Of a stretch of 38,901 nt of DNA, positions 35,373 to 38,901 are shown in pieces (position 1 is the stretch's first letter; each line of letters starts with the position of its first letter). This DNA comes from a virus (Duplodnaviria > Caudoviricetes). Location: positions 1 to 38,901 of the IMG/VR virus record IMGVR_UViG_3300047279_000098. The stretch is one strand, 5' to 3'. The position numbers and the translations under genes were made by a program. Under the pieces are notes generated by a model. It was not told the origin of the DNA and made no database searches. It saw only the letters and a list, made by a program, of their open reading frames with translations.

Positions 35373-35382
35373 GAGCACTGCC

Positions 35383-36132
35383 ATGGCCGTACAGAGCGTC
35401 GAATTCGACCTGAACCACATGATCGGCAAGATCGATCGCATCCAGTACCTCGAGGTGCCCTATGCGGCCTCTGTGGCCATCAACAGGGTCGCTGTGATCG
35501 CTAAGGACGCCATCCGTGAGCAGATGACCCAGCGGTTCGACAGGCCCGTTCCTTTCACGCTCAACAGCCTGTACATGAAGGCAAGCAGCAAGACCAACCT
35601 CGAGGCCGAACTAGGGCTGCGGGACTTCGCCCCTAAAGGGAACCCGGCCAGTAAATACCTAGCGCCACAGATTTATGGTGGCCCGGCATATCCCACTAGA
35701 TTCCAAAAATCATTACGTTACAAGGGTATTCTTGCACCTAACCGTTATGCAATACCAACGCAGTCTGACAACCTGCGGCATAACATGTACGGCAATGTAA
35801 GCCCTGGCATGTACACTGAAATCCTGTATAAGCTAAAGGCATTTCGGGATATGTCTGCCTTCTCGTATGGCAAACACTCCAAGACAAAGCGCCAAGTCAA
35901 TAACATATTTGTTGTTCTTGAGAATGACACCAAAAACGCTCATTTGCGCCCTGGTATTTATGACCGGCTTGGCATGAAAAACAGGGAAGGTCGTTTGTTC
36001 AATTTTGGCAATACACCTGAGTTACCTTCCAAGTTTCCGTTCCACCGGATTGGCGCAGATGCGGCTGCAAACAACTGGAACAAGGAATTTGGCGGCGCGC
36101 TCGCAATGGCATTGGCCAGCCGGAATTTTTGA
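35383..36132 (+). CDS. Putative tail completion / neck protein (lambda gpZ-like), displaced
   Basis: VPYAASVAINRVA..FDRPVPFTLNS..YLAPQIYGG..PGIY..KFPF; start ATG 35383. Confidence 0.55.
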   Translation: MAVQSVEFDLNHMIGKIDRIQYLEVPYAASVAINRVAVIAKDAIREQMTQRFDRPVPFTLNSLYMKASSKTNLEAELGLRDFAPKGNPASKYLAPQIYGGPAYPTRFQKSLRYKGILAPNRYAIPTQSDNLRHNMYGNVSPGMYTEILYKLKAFRDMSAFSYGKHSKTKRQVNNIFVVLENDTKNAHLRPGIYDRLGMKNREGRLFNFGNTPELPSKFPFHRIGADAAANNWNKEFGGALAMALASRNF

Positions 36133-36252
36133 GGGACTTGCAGGGGGTCGGTTTATAGGGGCCGAAAAAACACGAGGGACTTGCAAGGGGTCGGTTTATA
36201 GGGCTTTTTTTCACACACAAGCTTGCATATACGGCGTTGTCGGTTTAAAGGG
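36131..36252 (+). repeat. 30-bp direct repeat (two copies) plus third core copy
   Basis: GAGGGACTTGCA(G/A)GGGGTCGGTTTATAGGG at 36131-36160 and 36174-36203; GTCGGTTTAAAGGG at 36239-36252. Confidence 0.9.
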
Positions 36253-36278
36253 TATTTTTGAAAAGTGTGTTTTTGTTG

Positions 36279-36294
36279 TAGTACAGGTGTACTA
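36279..36294. promoter_or_regulatory. Cyanobacterial-type LexA box
   Basis: TAGTACAGGTGTACTA palindrome; fits RGTACNNNDGTWCB. Confidence 0.65.
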
Positions 36295-36312
36295 CTTTAC
36301 TAAATGTTATTT

Positions 36313-36464
36313 TGCAAAAAATGCAAATTAATATATTGCAAAATCTGCAAAATGTGAATTATGCAAAAAATGCAAATTAATGTATTGCAAAAAATGCAAT
36401 GTAATAATTATGCAAGATTTGCAAGTTGTAAACAATGCAGCAAATGCAAGTTGTCAACAATGCA
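36313..36464. repeat. Phased array of six TGCA-N5-TGCA boxes plus one half-site
   Basis: TGCA at 36313/36322, 36337/36346, 36362/36371, 36386/36395, 36411/36420, 36436/36445 and 36461; period 24-25 bp. Confidence 0.9.
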
Positions 36465-36617
36465 GCGGCATCAGACTATAACGATGCCGTTATGTCAATT
36501 TGACCTTATCTATGGGCTCTAATCCGATCGGATCGGTCGCCCTGCCATACGGTCACCCGGCCGGCCCGTGCCTGTCACTGCGCCATCGAGCCAAACCGGC
36601 TGACCATGCCGCACCGT

Positions 36618-36685
36618 GTGCCAATCCACAATCCGGCCCAGTTTCTGGCACGGTCCCTGCTGGGCACCGCCAGCCGCGCTAATAT
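36618..36685 (+). promoter_or_regulatory. Putative early promoter with upstream inverted repeat
   Basis: GTGCCA (36618-36623) ... TGGCAC (36646-36651), then -10-like TAATAT (36680-36685) ahead of ATG 36743. Confidence 0.4.
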
Positions 36686-36742
36686 CTGGGAGCCACCGGC
36701 CGCAGTCGCGCCCTGGCATCACCCAATCGCCAAACCCTTTCA

Positions 36743-36967
36743 ATGCATACCCTCGACCTACTGGGCGTCTCGCCGATCGTCTCCGGCATCGCCCAGTTTC
36801 TGACTTACTGCCTCGCGGCTGCCCTATGGGCGATCGCTATCGCTGACTGGCTGACGGCTGATCAGCCGCGCCAAATCCGCCTTCTCTCCCGTTGCGGCTA
36901 TACGCAAGCCAGCATCAGCCGCCGCCTAGGTGTTTCGCGCTACCAGGTGCGGAAGGCGCTCGCATGA
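36743..36967 (+). CDS. Small protein with TM segment and C-terminal HTH
   Basis: Hydrophobic IAQFLTYCLAAALWAIAIA; IRLLSRCGYTQASISRRLGVSRYQVRKAL. Confidence 0.65.
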   Translation: MHTLDLLGVSPIVSGIAQFLTYCLAAALWAIAIADWLTADQPRQIRLLSRCGYTQASISRRLGVSRYQVRKALA

Positions 36968-37107
36968 ACGGCCCCATTCTCCCCGGTGAATCGCTCGCCG
37001 CTGTCCGTGCCATCCCCGTCCCTCCCCCAACTAACGCGTCCCTCCCATGTCATGCCTCACTCGTTCGCAACTTGACGACCGCGCCAGCCGTGCGGCCGCT
37101 GCCATAG
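36964..37107 (+). CDS. Possible small protein (47 aa)
   Basis: MNGPILPGE...; ATGA overlap with previous stop, but overlaps next ORF by about 60 nt. Confidence 0.3.
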   Translation: MNGPILPGESLAAVRAIPVPPPTNASLPCHASLVRNLTTAPAVRPLP

Positions 37108-37283
37108 GTCTCCCGTTGGCTGATCTCTGGCTGGACCGGTCCGAGACCGGATACGGCATCCGTAGGCGCTGGGGACCCGGTGCCCAAGCACTGGCCGAAT
37201 GTTTGACGGCTGCCGAAGCTGATCAGTTTCTGCGCGGTTTAGAAGTCGGCGCCATGCTCACCCGTCAACAATCCCCCCCCTAA
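37047..37283 (+). CDS. Hypothetical protein
   Basis: 78 aa, LTAAEADQFLRGLEVG; TAATG coupling to next ORF. Confidence 0.6.
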   Translation: MSCLTRSQLDDRASRAAAAIGLPLADLWLDRSETGYGIRRRWGPGAQALAECLTAAEADQFLRGLEVGAMLTRQQSPP

Positions 37284-37450
37284 TGGAATTCCTAATCAAG
37301 TTCAAAACCAGCAACCGCCAAACCCGATTCCTGGATATCACCGCGCCATCCCGTCCCGCTGCTATCGCGCAATGGGAGCGCCTACGGCAGCCGGGCGACT
37401 TTATCGAGTCGATCGTCCCCAGGTTTCGCATCAAGTGGCCCGAAGACTGA
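37283..37450 (+). CDS. Small hypothetical protein (55 aa), not in ORF track
   Basis: Hand translation MEFLIKFKTSNRQTRFLDITAPSRPAAIAQWERLRQPGDFIESIVPRFRIKWPED. Confidence 0.55.
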   Translation: MEFLIKFKTSNRQTRFLDITAPSRPAAIAQWERLRQPGDFIESIVPRFRIKWPED

Positions 37451-37498
37451 CCCGGCCGCTCTAAGCGCCATCACCCTGTCCTAATCGCATCCCCAACC

Positions 37499-38194
37499 AT
37501 GCTGAAGAATCTTCGCTTCCATCTCTCACGCGTCAGCACGAACAGCAAAACCGGCCCTATCCCGGTCAGTACGTCAAGCCAAGCCACATGCCCTACCACA
37601 TGCCCATTCTTGGGCAATGGTTGCTACGCGCAGAACCATGGGCTTAACTTTCACTGGCGCGCTGTGACTGAGGGCAGCCGTGGCGTAACCGCTTCGGAAT
37701 TCTTTCGCCTAATCGCGGCCCTGCCATCGGGGCAATTTTGGCGAGCAAACCAGGCGGGCGATTTGCCCCATACTCTTGGACGGGTCTCCCGTCGATTTTT
37801 GCGCGGCCTAATCGGTGCCAATCAAGGCCGCCGAGGGTACACATATACCCATCACCGCCTAGAGATCGGCGAGAACCTAGCCCTAATCCGTCAAGCCAAC
37901 CGGCAGGGTTTCACCGTCAACGTGAGCACCGAGACGGAACTGGCGGCCGATCGCGCAGTAGCGGCCGGCCTTCCCGCCGTGGTTGCCGTCCCTAGCACTG
38001 AGACCCGGACCGCTTGGGATACCCCGGCCGGCAACCGTGTTGTGGTCTGTCCTGCACAACGGGAGGGATCAACCGTCGATTGCGCAACCTGCCAACTCTG
38101 CTACAGCCGGCCGGCTGGCTTGGTCGTCGCCTTCCTGGCCCATGGCACAAGCAAAGCTAAGGCGAACGCTGCTATCGCGGGGGTGGCGGCATGA
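37499..38194 (+). CDS. Cys-rich phage protein (GP88-like, possible Fe-S / radical-SAM-like fold)
   Basis: STNSKTG..TCPTTCPFLGNGCYA, WRANQAGD, YTYTH, VNVS, VVCPAQ..CATCQLC..FLAHG. Confidence 0.6.
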   Translation: MLKNLRFHLSRVSTNSKTGPIPVSTSSQATCPTTCPFLGNGCYAQNHGLNFHWRAVTEGSRGVTASEFFRLIAALPSGQFWRANQAGDLPHTLGRVSRRFLRGLIGANQGRRGYTYTHHRLEIGENLALIRQANRQGFTVNVSTETELAADRAVAAGLPAVVAVPSTETRTAWDTPAGNRVVVCPAQREGSTVDCATCQLCYSRPAGLVVAFLAHGTSKAKANAAIAGVAA

Positions 38195-38385
38195 TTAGCG
38201 CCGCTGATCTCTCCTGGCCCTACTACCACTTTTCCACCCTTGCAGACGCTGAAGACCACTTGCAATCCCTTAAGGTCTCGCTGGCAATGGCAGAGGCTGA
38301 GGGGTTTAAATGCGGCCCGCTGCAAGATGATATCGCCGAACTAGAAGAGTTGATCTTCAATTGTTCCCTAGATCCTGACTTCTAG
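38191..38385 (+). CDS. Small acidic hypothetical protein
   Basis: 64 aa; ATGA overlap; followed by terminator. Confidence 0.6.
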   Translation: MISAADLSWPYYHFSTLADAEDHLQSLKVSLAMAEAEGFKCGPLQDDIAELEELIFNCSLDPDF

Positions 38386-38406
38386 CCTGCCAATCTAACA
38401 ACTACT

Positions 38407-38428
38407 GCCCCCACTTAGGGGGTTTTTT
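38407..38428 (+). terminator. Intrinsic terminator
   Basis: GCCCCC-ACTTA-GGGGG followed by TTTTTT. Confidence 0.75.
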
Positions 38429-38484
38429 ATTGTCTGCCATATTGCCCCCCCACAAAATATATGTTAAAAATTATTAATGCACCA

Positions 38485-38512
38485 TTGAATCTACCCTTGT
38501 ATACGCTACAAT
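38485..38512 (+). promoter_or_regulatory. Sigma70-type promoter
   Basis: TTGAAT-N16-TACAAT with AT-rich upstream element. Confidence 0.65.
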
Positions 38513-38550
38513 AAAGGCGGGAGAGATCCCACTCAATCGCAAAATCTATT

Positions 38551-38727
38551 TTGAACTACTTTCTTTTCTTTACCTTTTCTGGCTGGGTTATTGTTGAGAC
38601 AATGCAAAGTGAGCAAGTTGCTCAAGTTGCAGTTAACGCAATAGATGAACTTGCCACTTTTGCGGATTCTTACTTTAAAGAAGATGTAGACTCGTTTGAT
38701 GAACCCTACAGGCTAATCAAAATCTAA
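38551..38727 (+). CDS. Small hypothetical protein (58 aa, TTG start), not in ORF track
   Basis: MNYFLFFTFSGWVIVETMQSEQVAQVAVNAIDELATFADSYFKEDVDSFDEPYRLIKI; bracketed by promoter and terminator; alternative ATG at 38602. Confidence 0.5.
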   Translation: MNYFLFFTFSGWVIVETMQSEQVAQVAVNAIDELATFADSYFKEDVDSFDEPYRLIKI

Positions 38728-38734
38728 CTAACCT

Positions 38735-38756
38735 AGGGGCTCCGGCCCCTTTTTTT
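38735..38756 (+). terminator. Intrinsic terminator
   Basis: AGGGGC-TCCG-GCCCCT followed by TTTTTT. Confidence 0.85.
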
Positions 38757-38767
38757 GTGCCCGTGAG

Positions 38768-38799
38768 TAGTACAAATGTACTATAGTACAAATGTACTA
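38768..38799. promoter_or_regulatory. Two abutting cyanobacterial-type LexA boxes
   Basis: TAGTACAAATGTACTA twice (38768-38783, 38784-38799). Confidence 0.7.
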
Positions 38800-38881
38800 C
38801 TGCCCTTAGATTTTGTTTTCACAAAAAATATCTATCCTAGAGAGTTGGATATTTTAAAAATATCTATCCCAGGCAAGTTGC

Positions 38882-38891
38882 GGGTCCCTCC
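38882..38891 (+). other. cosQ-like packaging termination signal
   Basis: GGGTCCCTCC near the window end, similar to lambda cosQ GGGTCCT; genome encodes a gpA-type terminase. Confidence 0.55.
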
Positions 38892-38901
38892 TGCACATTT
38901 G

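Larger units (their letters stand above)
1..38901. mobile_element. Near-complete lambda-like siphovirus genome, probable picocyanobacterial phage
   Basis: Full set of packaging, head, tail, lysis, recombination and replication genes in lambdoid order; starts before terS and ends at a cosQ-like motif; no host housekeeping genes at the flanks. Host is inferred from LexA-box type and small-gene families. Confidence 0.9.

Noticed and set aside
36131-36203. Mini CRISPR array
   Set aside because: Only two 30-bp repeats with a 13-bp spacer, no palindromic repeat structure and no cas genes
36466-36600. Structured ncRNA downstream of the TGCA array
   Set aside because: One 7-bp hairpin (CGGCATC...GATGCCG) and short palindromes, but no recognisable family, promoter or terminator
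33999-36838. HIP1 (GCGATCGC) enrichment as host evidence
   Set aside because: Only a couple of copies noticed by eye (near 34000 and 36830); cannot claim enrichment without counting
174-38325. Numerous alternative-frame and antisense ORFs in the track (e.g. 3157-3798, 5384-5965, 30183-30902, 32275-32907)
   Set aside because: They overlap well-supported genes, lack recognisable motifs and are expected shadows of GC-rich coding sequence
38824-38869. NrdR boxes
   Set aside because: Only the AATATCTA core resembles the consensus; the flanking positions do not match
1-38901. tRNA/rRNA genes, photosynthesis auxiliary genes, alternative genetic code
   Set aside because: No cloverleaf or rRNA-like stretch seen; no psbA/hli-like ORF; standard-code ORFs are full length and use TAA, TAG and TGA stops

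Overview
This window looks like a near-complete (~38.9 kb) genome of a lambda-like, cos-type siphovirus. It runs from just upstream of the small terminase to a cosQ-like GGGTCCCTCC motif at the far end; cosN itself is not visible. Layout: (1) a rightward morphogenesis/lysis block (137-23770) with terS, gpA-type terL, gpW-like adaptor, lambda-type portal, a protease-major capsid fusion, neck genes, tail tube, frameshifted tail chaperones, tape measure, lambda M/L/K/I/J-like tip genes, a chaperone-bearing fibre, holin-like genes, a C39-peptidase lysin and dcd; (2) a mostly leftward block of small accessory genes ending in SSB-like, Xis-like, RecT-like, HNH-AP2 and RecE-like genes (23731-31049); (3) a rightward replication block (helicase, VRR-NUC, primase-polymerase/VapE) followed by an iteron-like origin; (4) a displaced gpZ-like gene, a repeat-rich non-coding region and small early-type genes up to the right end. 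I recognise no integrase, CI-like repressor or DNA polymerase. Three perfect cyanobacterial-type LexA boxes (TAGTACA-N2-TGTACTA) and several cyanophage-typical small proteins suggest a picocyanobacterial host (inference). The most unusual signal is non-coding: a phased array of six TGCA-N5-TGCA (LysR/NtcB-like) boxes beside a LexA box, and two abutting LexA boxes near cos. These suggest the phage is controlled by, or acts as a decoy for, host transcription factors. All family assignments come from motif recognition by eye, not database searches.
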